From NCBI GenBank assembly GCA_963665115.1, contig OY762007.1, positions 3,136,001 to 3,200,000 of the forward strand: DNA of 64,000 bases. Direction: 5' to 3'. The position numbers and the translations under genes were made by a program. The stretch comes from an uncultured Rivularia sp. Lineage in GTDB: Bacteria > Cyanobacteriota > Cyanobacteriia > Cyanobacteriales > Nostocaceae. Shown in pieces: positions 30,198 to 40,811 of this stretch (position 1 is its first letter; the number at the start of each line of letters is the position of its first letter). The notes under the pieces are model-generated. The model made no database searches and was not told the origin of the DNA. It saw only the letters and a list, made by a program, of their open reading frames with translations.

Positions 30198-30980
30198 ATG
30201 ACCGAAACTAACAAACAATCAACACCATTACATACACTCAATCCCCAAAATCGATTCTCCGATAGAGTCGAAGATTACGTAAAATATCGTCCCAGCTATC
30301 CGAAAGCAGCGATTGATAGAATCCTAGAAGATTTTACTTTACCAATTACAGCAGCCGATATCGGAGCAGGTACGGGAATTTCTTCACGATTGTTAGCTTC
30401 GAGGGATATTAAAGTAATTGCTATCGAACCAAATCCCGAAATGAGAAACGCTGGGATTAGAGATAATACATCTTCGGTGGAATGGAAAGATGGAACCGCA
30501 GAAAATACCAATTTACCCGATAAATCAGTTGATTTAGTAACTTGTTTTCAAGCGTTTCACTGGTTTACTCCCGAACCAACTTTAGCGGAATTCAATCGGA
30601 TTCTTAAACCATCAGGTAAATTAGCGGTAGTGTGGAATTTTCGCGATGAAAACGACGAATTCACAGCAGAATATAGTCGAATTGTTCGCGAAGCATCAAA
30701 TAATCATCCAGCAGAATCGAAGATGAAATCGGTGGAACCTTTAACAGAAACAACTCATTTTCAAAATTTTCAAGAATATACTTTTGTTTATCAACAAGAA
30801 TTAGATTTAACTGGATTAATTGGACGTGCAATGAGTGTTTCTTATCTTCCTAAAACAGGAGAAGGTTACAAACAAGTTGTTGATGAATTAGAGAAATTAT
30901 ATCAGCAATTTAAGAACCAACAAGGATTTGTTTATATGACTTATTTTACTAGCGTCCATCTTGGAACAATTAACAATTAA
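30198..30980 (+). CDS. Class I SAM-dependent methyltransferase (tandem paralog)
   Basis: ADIGAGTG, QAFHWF; clearly paralogous to the 29295 gene. Confidence 0.92.
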   Translation: MTETNKQSTPLHTLNPQNRFSDRVEDYVKYRPSYPKAAIDRILEDFTLPITAADIGAGTGISSRLLASRDIKVIAIEPNPEMRNAGIRDNTSSVEWKDGTAENTNLPDKSVDLVTCFQAFHWFTPEPTLAEFNRILKPSGKLAVVWNFRDENDEFTAEYSRIVREASNNHPAESKMKSVEPLTETTHFQNFQEYTFVYQQELDLTGLIGRAMSVSYLPKTGEGYKQVVDELEKLYQQFKNQQGFVYMTYFTSVHLGTINN

Positions 30981-31583
30981 CAATTAACAATTTATTTTTA
31001 GCAACAGTGTTTACGGAAATAAATTACAATTCTCGTAAAGCCAGAAAAGGGAGAAGAGTAAGGAAAAATCCTTCCCTCCTACCCAAGGAGCATTTGAGGT
31101 TTAATCTTTGCTATCTATTAATAGGTGTAAGTCAAATCAACTTATGCAGTATGGAGTTAGTGGTTAAGAGTTAGGAGTTAGGAGTTTTGAATTATTTATT
31201 CTTCCCCCTCTCCCCCCTCTCCTTTAATAAACTGATGTGCAGCTAAATTGAATAATGCGAAAATTTGAAAAGGTTGTAGTACTGCCTAAGACTATCGTCT
31301 CGCTCCGCTAACGCAGCGTGTCCGCCAGGACAAGCATCTTGCACGAAGGGTACTATACAAATCAAATGCGTAGCAGCTTATATATATAGTCTCTCAATTG
31401 TTCCCTCCGCGCTTACCTTAGCGTCCCTTTGCGTTAAAAAAACAGCAATAACCGAAAATGTACTGAACATTTAGAGTACTTTATTAAGCTATATTTTAAG
31501 TTCATAAATAAATTTTAATACTGAAATCGAAGTTTTTAAAAACCTCGGTTTATTTCGTTATATCTAATTAATTTTATAATTAA

Positions 31584-32450
31584 ATGTTAAAACAAAAGAA
31601 TAATTTCAGTCATCTTACAGCAATAGAAAGGACTAACTTATCATATCCCGCAAAAATATTATTAAATCAAAGCTTGCTTCAAGGCAAAATTTTAGACTTT
31701 GGTTGTGGTTTCGGTAATGATGTCAAAGTATTACAAAAAAAAGGTCTTGATATCACTGGTTACGATCCTCATTATTCCCCACAATATCCGCAAAATAAAT
31801 TCGATACAATAATTTGCTTTTATGTTTTAAACGTATTATTTCCAGAAACACAAGCCGACGTATTAATGGAAATATCGCATTTATTAAAGCCAGGAGGTAA
31901 AGCTTACTTCGCCGTCAGAAGAGATGTTAAAAGAGAGGGATTTCGAGAACATTACGTTCATAAAAAACCTACATATCAGTGTAATGTAAAACTTCCTTTT
32001 GAATCAATTTATCTAAACGAAAATTGCGAAATATACGAATATATTCATTACAATTATCATAAACATTCTTCTGAAAACTGTATATTCTGCAATCCCCGCC
32101 AAAGTCTGACATTACTAACCGAATCGGCAACAGCATATGCAATGCTTGACGGATATCCTTTAAGTAAAGGACATACCTTAATTATTCCCAAGCGTCACGT
32201 CAGTAACTACTTTGAGCTACCATTTAAAGAACAATCCGCTTGCTGGTTAATGGCTAATAAAGTGCAAGAAATCATCGGTAAAGAATTTGCACCAGACGGT
32301 TTTAATGTGGGGATGAATATTAATCGAGATGCAGGACAAAATGTAATGCACGCGGGAATTCATGTTATTCCTAGATATAAAGGAGATGTTGAAGGGAATA
32401 GAGGTGGGATACGAAGAGTGATTCCGAAACCTAGAGGATTATTGCGTTGA
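31584..32450 (+). CDS. Methyltransferase-HIT domain fusion protein
   Basis: N-terminal LDFGCGFG; C-terminal CIFC...GHTLIIPKRH...AGQNVMHAGIHVIPR. Confidence 0.85.
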   Translation: MLKQKNNFSHLTAIERTNLSYPAKILLNQSLLQGKILDFGCGFGNDVKVLQKKGLDITGYDPHYSPQYPQNKFDTIICFYVLNVLFPETQADVLMEISHLLKPGGKAYFAVRRDVKREGFREHYVHKKPTYQCNVKLPFESIYLNENCEIYEYIHYNYHKHSSENCIFCNPRQSLTLLTESATAYAMLDGYPLSKGHTLIIPKRHVSNYFELPFKEQSACWLMANKVQEIIGKEFAPDGFNVGMNINRDAGQNVMHAGIHVIPRYKGDVEGNRGGIRRVIPKPRGLLR

Positions 32451-32476
32451 TTAGTAGGGAGGAGAAAAGATTTTTG

Positions 32477-33040
32477 TCATTCCAATAACCAAGCAAACAA
32501 ATCTCCCACTATAAGCTTTAACTCATCAGCAAAACTGGGTACCGGAAGTACATCATCTAGTTCATCAAACACTTTAGTTTCTTGCTTGGGACGAAAAACA
32601 AACACGGTTTGCTCAAGTGGATCTATTAACCAACCCATTTGAGTTCCATATTTAAGACAGTGAAGATTATTTTTTGTTACTTTTGTCTGGCTTTGGTCTG
32701 GTGATAAAATTTCAATAGTCCAATCTGGTGCAATTAAGAATGCATTTGCAACTTCCCCATTCTCATCGCGGGGAATCCGATTCCAAGTAAAAACGGCAAT
32801 ATCGGGTACAGTTGAGCGATCGCCAAAGGTGCAGCGCAACTCAGGAAAAGCACGAGCAATACGTTTAGGCTTTACTACAATATTAATGCTGGGTACGAGT
32901 TCACCTTGAATCGTGCTGTGTTTCCCTTGAGGCATCGGTTTAGGGATAATTTTACCATCAATATATTCTTGAGAAGGTTTCGTTTCTGGTAGTTGTAGAA
33001 ACTCTTCTAATGTTATGCTTTTCGATGGTGATTGTACCAT
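32477..33040 (-). CDS. Uma2-family (DUF820) endonuclease
   Basis: EYIDG, VPDIAV, APDWTIEILSPDQ, GWLIDP. Confidence 0.92.
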   Translation of the reverse strand: MVQSPSKSITLEEFLQLPETKPSQEYIDGKIIPKPMPQGKHSTIQGELVPSINIVVKPKRIARAFPELRCTFGDRSTVPDIAVFTWNRIPRDENGEVANAFLIAPDWTIEILSPDQSQTKVTKNNLHCLKYGTQMGWLIDPLEQTVFVFRPKQETKVFDELDDVLPVPSFADELKLIVGDLFAWLLE

Positions 33041-33107
33041 TTTGAGGTTGCTTATAAGACTGTCAAACTAATTTTTAGATTTACTCATAGAGCTTTTCTA
33101 TATACCA

Positions 33108-33623
33108 TTATTCATAATATGGTTTACATAGTTCAGCTTCATACTGTTTTCTATCAAATGTAAACGGACCTAAATCCAGTTGCCAATCGCGATGAAACTG
33201 ACCAAATTCCGACCATATAACAGTTGATTTATTAAGTATGATACGAACCTGCATAAACCAACATTCAGTTACACCACAAGTACAGTCTAAAACAGTTGCT
33301 TTACCAATTTGTGGGTCGTCTGGCTCTAATATAAAGCCGTTTTCCCAAGGTTCATCAAGAAAATTGCGTGAAGGTAGTAATACCATTGAAACTGGTAGAT
33401 ACTTATAGTCTCCTGCGGGAAAACTTATTTCATCAATTTCATCTCCCTTAGCTTGACGTTGTTTAATTTCAGCTTTGACAAATGGTTCTTCTGCTTGACG
33501 TACTAATTCTATTAATGATTCGTTGTTAATATAAATTTCAGCAACACAAAGTGCTTTGCCTTTCGTCCAATAGGTCTTAAAGAATGGGTTTATATTTATC
33601 TTAAAGTTATCTAATTTAGGCAT
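33108..33623 (-). CDS. Hypothetical protein
   Basis: 171 aa ORF with CTCG...C motif; no family recognised. Confidence 0.6.
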   Translation of the reverse strand: MPKLDNFKININPFFKTYWTKGKALCVAEIYINNESLIELVRQAEEPFVKAEIKQRQAKGDEIDEISFPAGDYKYLPVSMVLLPSRNFLDEPWENGFILEPDDPQIGKATVLDCTCGVTECWFMQVRIILNKSTVIWSEFGQFHRDWQLDLGPFTFDRKQYEAELCKPYYE

Positions 33624-33688
33624 TTATAAAAAAATAAAAAAATTTATAACGCAGAAGAGCGCAAAGTAAAACACAAAGTTACGCGGAG

Positions 33689-34169
33689 TTAGAGTTTATT
33701 TGCTAATCGTTTAATTCCTTCTTTAAGGTGAAGGACGTTAAAGTTGAGAAGAAGACTTAGTTTACATTATTTTCATTTAAGATAAGTTAAAAGTTGTACC
33801 GAGTGAATTGGTTTGAGAGATTCTACTGATTTAACTTCTATAATTACTTTGTTTTCAACAATTAAATCCAATCGATAAGCACAATCTAATTCTACTTCTT
33901 CATAAACAAGAGGTATGGGAATTTGTTTTTCAACACTAAATCCTCTCTTTTTCAACTCGTAATCCAAACATTGCTTATAAGCAGACTCTAACCAACCGTG
34001 TCCTAAACCAGTATACACTCGCATCGCAACCAATTACAGCATATTTCATCTTTGTAAGGTACATTCGGACGGGCAGGGATGCCCATCCCACAAGAGTTTT
34101 GTAATATGAGGCTGTACCTCACTTATTTGCAAAGTGCTGTATAATTCCACTCAAATCATTCTCATACAT
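33689..34169 (-). pseudogene. GxxExxY protein pseudogene interrupted by a MITE
   Basis: MYENDLSGII | insert | IGC...GHGWLESAYKQCL...RLDLIVE.KVIIEVKS; frameshift near 34028 and premature stop at 33773 before LLNFNV..KEGIKR. Confidence 0.8.
34035..34141. mobile_element. ~103 bp MITE with TA target duplication
   Basis: TA-CAGCA...TGCTG-TA; imperfect ~27 bp TIRs (CAGCA...AGGTACA); internal hairpin GGGCAGGGATGCCC; interrupts a gene. Confidence 0.75.
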
Positions 34170-34371
34170 ACTCTGCGCCCCTCTACGCTTACCCCAGCGT
34201 CCCTTTGCGTTTAAATAACAGAAACTCAATCATAACTTCTGTTTTCTTTCCAACCAAAAAATATAAACGTGTTATTGACACCTAATTATTCATCCAAGTC
34301 AAACAAGATTGATTTGATTACAAATACTAAAATATAAACTAAGCAAGACAATTGATGAGGTAGACTTCAAA

Positions 34372-35079
34372 ATGCTAACCAGTTTAACTACCCATGAAAT
34401 TACCTGGGAAAAACTACCCGATGATTTTGTATTAGATGACGAGCCAGTGGACAATATAAATCAACCTTTGCTTGCTGCGGCTTTAACAGAAAGTTTAGAA
34501 ATAGCCGGGGAATTGTCAGAAAATGCCTTAACTACGACTAATTATGGTATTTGCGCGACGTTAAATAACAAGTTTGTAGTCAAAGCACCAGATTGGGGAT
34601 ACGTACCATCAATAAAAGTTTCGCGAGAGGAAGTAAAGCGGAGTTATACCCCACGACTCCAAGGAGATATTCCAGTAATTGTGATGGAATTCCTATCGGA
34701 TACAGAAGGTGGAGAGTATTCGAGCAAACCAACTTATCCTCCAGGAAAATGGTTTTTTTACGAACAGATTTTACAAGTTCCCAACTACGTAATTTTTGAG
34801 CCTGACAATGGAATTTTAGAAGTCTATCAATTAGATAATTCAGGAAGATATGAACTACAAACAGCGAATGAAAACAATCGTTATTGGATAGCTCAAATGC
34901 AGCTTTCCCTGGGTGTATGGGAAGGTATCCGAGAAAACCGCACGGGTTATTGGTTGCGGTGGTGGAATGAAAATGGCGAATTATTATTGTGGGGTTCGGA
35001 ATTAGCTATTAAGGAGCGTCAGCGTGCCGAAAGATTGGCACAACAGTTAAGGGCTGCGGGAATTGAACCTGAAGAATAA
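34372..35079 (+). CDS. Uma2-family endonuclease
   Basis: KAPDW, VMEFLSDT.GGEY, GKWFFYEQIL, AERLAQQLRAAGIEP tail. Confidence 0.9.
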   Translation: MLTSLTTHEITWEKLPDDFVLDDEPVDNINQPLLAAALTESLEIAGELSENALTTTNYGICATLNNKFVVKAPDWGYVPSIKVSREEVKRSYTPRLQGDIPVIVMEFLSDTEGGEYSSKPTYPPGKWFFYEQILQVPNYVIFEPDNGILEVYQLDNSGRYELQTANENNRYWIAQMQLSLGVWEGIRENRTGYWLRWWNENGELLLWGSELAIKERQRAERLAQQLRAAGIEPEE

Positions 35080-35357
35080 TGAGTTTAAAAGCTGAACTAA
35101 AAGAATCAGGAAATAAAATGAATAACGCAACAAACCTTGAAGAATTATCAAAGCAACAAGAAAACCTAGAAAAAGCACGAGCAAATGTAATTAAAATTGT
35201 CCAAACAAGGTTTAAACAAGTTCCAGAGGAAGTTATACAGGCAATTAACGCAATAAATGACGAATCAGTATTGAAAAAACTTTTTACAAATTCGATTATC
35301 GTTGCCGATTTTGAAGATTTTAAAAAAGTTGTGAAAGGTATTGTATCTAAAAAGTAG
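35079..35357 (+). CDS. Small protein resembling the C-terminal domain of Rpn/DUF4351-type proteins
   Basis: RANVIKIVQTRFKQVPEEVIQAINAIND.SVLKKLF. Confidence 0.55.
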   Translation: MSLKAELKESGNKMNNATNLEELSKQQENLEKARANVIKIVQTRFKQVPEEVIQAINAINDESVLKKLFTNSIIVADFEDFKKVVKGIVSKK

Positions 35358-35986
35358 TTCAGAACGTTATTCAATTTTTTAAAATCCGTTACACCAATTA
35401 GCTCATCTGTTAGAAAAGTATTGCTGCATTTGATGTTGAGCGACACAAATATCAAATGCAGCAAGAAATATATCAAAAGACATATTTTTGCTCAAAACTT
35501 CTCTAAAGTCTTTATCAAATTCATATTTGGTCAATAATTAAAATATCTATGGGTAATGTCGCCCTTCGGGGCGATACTAACGTAACCTAAAGATTAATAG
35601 CAATTAATACTTGTCTGTTTAAAAGAAGAGACAGCGACTTTCTGCTGGATAGTACAAGCTTCCATAACTTAATTTCCAAACTTGTATAGATGCAAATTTT
35701 GTTCGTTATGCTACTATTTTTCAGTTTATTGTTACAAATATACAATTGAAAAATTGAATATTAGAGTGATTTTTCTCACTGCAATATTTTTTATATTACT
35801 TATACTAATTTCACCTCAATCAAGTATTTTTTTATCAATAGGAGTATTTTATAGTCTAAAAGTCACAATCATTTAATTTTTATTCAAGCTGTCGCAAGCA
35901 GATATTGAAAATAGCAAACTTCCGATTAACCAAAATTTAACTGTTTTAATCAAAATAAAATCTTATATTAACCTTTGTACTAAACT

Positions 35987-37088
35987 ATGAATTCTTCCAA
36001 TTCTACATCTGACAAAATTCTGGTTGTTGATGATTCTCCCGATAATGTGTTTTTAATCAAAACTATTTTGGAGGAAGAAGGTTATGAAATTAGTACGGCA
36101 GAAAATGGTTCTTCGGCATTAAAAAGAATTGAAGAATCAACGTTTGATTTAATATTGTTAGATTTAATGATGCCGGGAATGGATGGTTATGAGGTAACTA
36201 AGCATATCCGAGGAAATGCTGAACTATCTTTTATTCCAATTTTGTTAATTACCGCTCACGATTCGCCAAATGTTGCTCACGGATTAGATTTAGGTGCTGA
36301 TGATTTCATCCGTAAACCAGTGACGGTAGATGAATTGCTTGCACGAGTACGTTCGCTTTTAAGGCTTAAACACAGTATTGATGAACGAGATGAAATTGCT
36401 CGTCAGCGGGAAGATTTTGTTTCCCGTTTAACCCATGACTTACGCACTCCTTTGGTAGCAGAGGAGCGAATGATGATACTGTTTCTCGAAGGTGCTTTGG
36501 GGGAAACTCTCTCCATCGATGAATGAAGCACTTACCATCATGGCTCGCTCTAACAGTAATTTGCTAGCAATGGTAAATACTCTATTAGAAGTTTATCGTT
36601 TTGAAGCTGGGCGCAAAACCCTGGCATTTCTACCAGTGGATATAAGCCAGTTAATTAAGGAAGTAGTAAGTGAATTAACTCCCTTAGCAGAACAAAAAAA
36701 CCTGGTAATCAAAGCGGATGTACAACAAGCAGAAAACGCAACTAAAGTAATTGGCGATCGCCTTGAGTTGCATCGCTTATTTACCAATTTAGTGGGAAAT
36801 GCCATCAAATTTACCGATAATGGCTCAATTACTACGTGTTTAGAAGTTAAAACGGGCGATTGCGACGCTATAACTATCAAAATTGTTGATACCGGACAAG
36901 GTATTTCCTCCGAGCAACAAGCCAATTTATTTGAAAGATTTCGTCCCGGAAGTCACAAACGTTCCGGTAGCGGTTTAGGATTGTACCTTTCTCGGCGTAT
37001 TGTGGAAGCTCATCAAGGTACTATTGAAGTTAATTCCGAACTTGGCAAAGGTAGTGTTTTTACCGTTACCCTGCCAATGAAACAATAA
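35987..37088 (+). CDS. Hybrid response regulator / histidine kinase (apparent +1 frameshift at ~36499-36503)
   Basis: REC domain, HDLRTPL H-box, NLVGNAIKFT, DTGQGI, GSGLGL split over two ORFs. Confidence 0.9.
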
Positions 37089-37181
37089 TTCAATTTTGGA
37101 TTTAGCGGAAACTTAGGGGTGTAAATTTTCTTAGCTGTTCCCTGTTCACCGCTCCTTATTCCCTACTCACTAAACTGTAAT

Positions 37182-38555
37182 ATGTTTGCTGAAACAATCC
37201 ACAAGCAACGTGATTTTTTTCAAACAGGTAAAACTAAAGAAATTGATTTTCGTATTCAGCAGTTAAAAACGCTTAAGCAAGCGATTATTGATAATGAAGC
37301 AGCAATTTTTAATGCGTTAAACGCCGATTTACGCAAGCCGTTAGAAGAAAGTTTTACCGGAGAAATAGTCTTAGTTGTTAAAGAAATTGAATATGCTATA
37401 AAAAATATAAAAAACTGGAGTCAGCCCAAAAAAGCACAAATTCCTTGGCAATTTTTTCCTGCTTCAGCAAAAATTTATCCAGAACCTTTAGGTGTAGTTT
37501 TAATTATTGGCGCTTGGAATTATCCGTTTCAATTAGTTATCGCGCCTTTAATCGGTGCTATCGCGGCCGGGAATTGTGCTATTGTCAAAGCTTCAGAAAT
37601 TACTTTTCATACTTCTAATCTTATTGTTAAAATTTTTGAAAAGTATTTTGATAAATCATATTTAACTGCGATAGAGGGAGGAGCAGAAACTTCTGGGCAG
37701 TTATTAGCAGCAAAGTTTGATCGTATCTTTTTTACTGGCAGTAATGCTGTCGGTAAAATTGTGATGGAAGCCGCAGCAAAACATCTCACACCCGTCACAT
37801 TGGAACTTGGTGGTAAATCTCCTTGCATTGTAGATAACGACATTAATATTAAAGTTGCCGCCAGACGCATAACCTGGGGAAAATTCTTCAATGCCGGACA
37901 AACTTGTCTTGCACCAGATTATCTTTTAGTCGATAAAAAAATCAAAGATAATTTATTAGATGAAATCAAAAGATGTATTCAAGAATTTTACGGTGAAAAT
38001 CCCGCTAAAACTCCCGATTATGCCAGAATAATCAATCAAAAGCAATTTGATAGATTGGTGAATTACTTAAAAGATTTAAAAGACGGAAAAATAATTATTG
38101 GTGGCGAAACAGTTTCCGACGAACTTTATATTGCTCCTACTGTCATCGATAGCGTTTCCTGGGAAGATGAAGTAATGCAAGAGGAAATTTTCGGCCCGAT
38201 TCTACCAATAATTGAATTTACCGAATATAAAGAAGCAATTAATATAATTAACTCTCAACCAAAACCCTTAGCCTTATATCTATTTTCTCAAAATAAAAAT
38301 CTGCAAAAACAAATTTTACAGGAAACTTCTTTTGGCGGAGGTTGTATTAACCACACACTAATTCATTACACTACTCCATCTTTACCATTTGGCGGTGTAG
38401 GAAATAGCGGAATCGGTAGTTATCACGGAAAAGCAGGATTTGACACCTTTTCTCACTACAAAAGCGTAGTAACAAAGCCTTTTCTCCTAGACGTAAAATT
38501 ACTTTATCCACCCTACAAGAATAAATTGTCGTTGCTTCGGCGAATTTTTGGATGA
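37182..38555 (+). CDS. Aldehyde dehydrogenase (ALDH3-like)
   Basis: WNYP, FTGS, LELGGKSP, NAGQTC, EEIFGP. Confidence 0.95.
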   Translation: MFAETIHKQRDFFQTGKTKEIDFRIQQLKTLKQAIIDNEAAIFNALNADLRKPLEESFTGEIVLVVKEIEYAIKNIKNWSQPKKAQIPWQFFPASAKIYPEPLGVVLIIGAWNYPFQLVIAPLIGAIAAGNCAIVKASEITFHTSNLIVKIFEKYFDKSYLTAIEGGAETSGQLLAAKFDRIFFTGSNAVGKIVMEAAAKHLTPVTLELGGKSPCIVDNDINIKVAARRITWGKFFNAGQTCLAPDYLLVDKKIKDNLLDEIKRCIQEFYGENPAKTPDYARIINQKQFDRLVNYLKDLKDGKIIIGGETVSDELYIAPTVIDSVSWEDEVMQEEIFGPILPIIEFTEYKEAINIINSQPKPLALYLFSQNKNLQKQILQETSFGGGCINHTLIHYTTPSLPFGGVGNSGIGSYHGKAGFDTFSHYKSVVTKPFLLDVKLLYPPYKNKLSLLRRIFG

Positions 38556-38559
38556 ATAT

Positions 38560-38601
38560 CGGGGATTGGGAATTGGGAATTGGGCATTGGGCATTGGGCA
38601 T
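38560..38601. repeat. STRR heptamer tract (TTGGGAA/TTGGGCA)
   Basis: Tandem heptamers between convergent genes. Confidence 0.8.
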
Positions 38602-38660
38602 CAGGTATAGAAAATTAAAATTAGTAACTCCTACCTTTGACCTTTAACCTTTGACCTGTC

Positions 38661-39257
38661 TCAAAACCCGCTATACCGTTCTTCTTTAAATGGTTCGCCG
38701 CGACGGTGATAACCGTTACGTTCCCAAAAACCTAATTCTTCACGATTTAAAAATTCTAAGCCATTTATCCATTTAGCACTTTTCCAAGCGTAAAGATGAG
38801 GAACCACCGAGCGCATGGGACCACCGTGTTCGGCGCTTAAAGGCTCGTCAAATAGTTTAAAAGCAAAAAAGTTTTCTTCTCGTACAAAGTCTTCTATTGC
38901 AATATTAGTAGTGTAACCGCCGTAGCAATGTTCCATGAGATGAGTTGCTTTTTTGTCTACTTCAATAACTTTCATAAAGTCAGTAACTTTAATTCCAGTC
39001 CATTTGACATCGAGTTTAGACCACCGGGTTACACAATGGAAGTCGGCTGTAAACTCGTTATGGGGTAGTTCCATAAATTCCAACCAACTCCATTTTTTCG
39101 ATTTGACCAAACCCCATACGCTAAATTCCCATTCTTCAGTACTAACTTGGGGAGTCGCACCATAGGTAAGTACCGGAAAACCTTTAGCTAAATGCTGTCC
39201 AGGAGGAACGCGATCGCTATCTTCAGAAGTCGGTTTATGAAAAAACTTTCCCAGCAT
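38661..39257 (-). CDS. Sulfite oxidase-like molybdopterin oxidoreductase
   Basis: RVPPGQ, DFHCVTRWS, EHGGP, YAWKSAKW, GFWERNGYH. Confidence 0.9.
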   Translation of the reverse strand: MLGKFFHKPTSEDSDRVPPGQHLAKGFPVLTYGATPQVSTEEWEFSVWGLVKSKKWSWLEFMELPHNEFTADFHCVTRWSKLDVKWTGIKVTDFMKVIEVDKKATHLMEHCYGGYTTNIAIEDFVREENFFAFKLFDEPLSAEHGGPMRSVVPHLYAWKSAKWINGLEFLNREELGFWERNGYHRRGEPFKEERYSGF

Positions 39258-39553
39258 GGCTTGGTGAAATAATTTTTTAGTAGATAATATATTTTTCCCC
39301 GAAATTATTGCATCATTAGCAATTTATAATTTCTTCTCTTCTTACTGCCTACTCCCTACTCTCTACTCACTCTTTTCAAGTATTTATTTAGCTCGTGGAG
39401 TTATGGAAAAATCATATTTTTTTAACCCAACAGGATTTTAGATTCTGGTTTCAAACAAGACGGTTTCTGTCTTATGGAACTTTTAAATAATCGTTGACCT
39501 AAAATCCTGTGGGAAATTAACAAATAACTAAACAATTAGGAACGATCCGCCAA

Positions 39554-39730
39554 TTACTCTTCGTCTTCTTCTTCCTCTTCTCCAGATGGATAAACAAATG
39601 TAGAGCGTCCAGTCAAAATTGATTTACCAAGCGAAAGAGCTTTCTGTGCTTCAACACTAGCTTTGTGTCTCCAGGTTGCTCGACGCTTATCCCGCTTAGA
39701 TTTCGATGTTTTCTTCTTTGGAACAGCCAT
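39554..39730 (-). CDS. rpmF: 50S ribosomal protein L32
   Basis: [20 protein letters not shown]. Confidence 0.96.
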   Translation of the reverse strand: MAVPKKKTSKSKRDKRRATWRHKASVEAQKALSLGKSILTGRSTFVYPSGEEEEEDEE

Positions 39731-39932
39731 AAAATCAGATACCGTAATTTTTGACAACCTTTTTATTCTAAGGCATGAATTGCTTAATAGCTGCCCTTTT
39801 TCAAGGTGTTCGAGAGATTAAAATAAGAACAAATAATATAGCACTTCTTACCGATTCGTGAAACTCGGAGTGCGAGGATCTTGCTCGCTTACAGGCTTTG
39901 TGAAAGATACTCGCACTAATTGTTCGCTTTAA

Positions 39933-40550
39933 CTACTCTACTTCAACTTCAACCTCTGGTGTCGGTATTGGAACTGCTTCAGGTGGTGGCGGAGAAGTTT
40001 GTTCAATTTCAACTTCAACTTCTGGTGTCGGTATTGGAACTGCTTCAGATGGTGGGGGAGAAGCTTCTTCAACAGCATTGCTTTCTCCACTCGACGCGGA
40101 ATTATTCGCACTTGTCCCAAAAAATAGCAGCGTTCGAGCCATTCTAAAATACTTTGCCCAACGTTGCGTATCTGGACGATTGCGCCATTGAGTACGACTG
40201 ACATTTAATTCCAAAACAGGCGCGATCGCACCATAATTTTGTGCGGAAATAACTACCGATACGTCTGTAACTAAAATATCTTTATCGAAACTACGTTGAG
40301 CGGCTGCTCTTGCTACTGCTTCTGCTCTCCGTAGCAAGCTTTGGTAATTGTCTCCTGGTAAACGAGTAATTTCTAGGTCAGCTCTCGAAGTATAAGCTCG
40401 CACGATTTGAGGCGCGATTGTTTCCGATACTAACCACATTGGTGCTGCCATACTTAGCAAAAGTACGGCCGTCTTTATCCGGATTTTCTTTGTGATTGAT
40501 GGCATAAGTGGAATGAATGTTCTTATTTTTAACAAGTTCTTACCGACCAT
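39933..40550 (-). CDS. Conserved cyanobacterial hypothetical protein with duplicated Pro/Glu-rich tail
   Basis: N-terminal hydrophobic segment; 66-bp tandem duplication (39941-40063) encoding SPPP(S/P)EAVPIPTPEVEVE twice. Confidence 0.7.
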   Translation of the reverse strand: MVGKNLLKIRTFIPLMPSITKKIRIKTAVLLLSMAAPMWLVSETIAPQIVRAYTSRADLEITRLPGDNYQSLLRRAEAVARAAAQRSFDKDILVTDVSVVISAQNYGAIAPVLELNVSRTQWRNRPDTQRWAKYFRMARTLLFFGTSANNSASSGESNAVEEASPPPSEAVPIPTPEVEVEIEQTSPPPPEAVPIPTPEVEVEVE

Positions 40551-40811
40551 TATTTATAAACTCCTCCGAAGGGCGATAAATAAATGCACTATTAATCAAG
40601 AATAAAAGTGCTTTCGTTAGTTTCAGTAATAATAATGACTTACCATCTTCAAGTCTGATGATAATCACTTAGACTTACTAACATAGATTAACTTTGTTTT
40701 TTGGGCAAAGCAAATTACATTAATTACGCTTGCGGTACTTAGATGCTAAGAATTGGCAATCTACGATTACCGTGAGTATATATATCTAGTTTCTTACAAT
40801 TAAAAGGGCGC

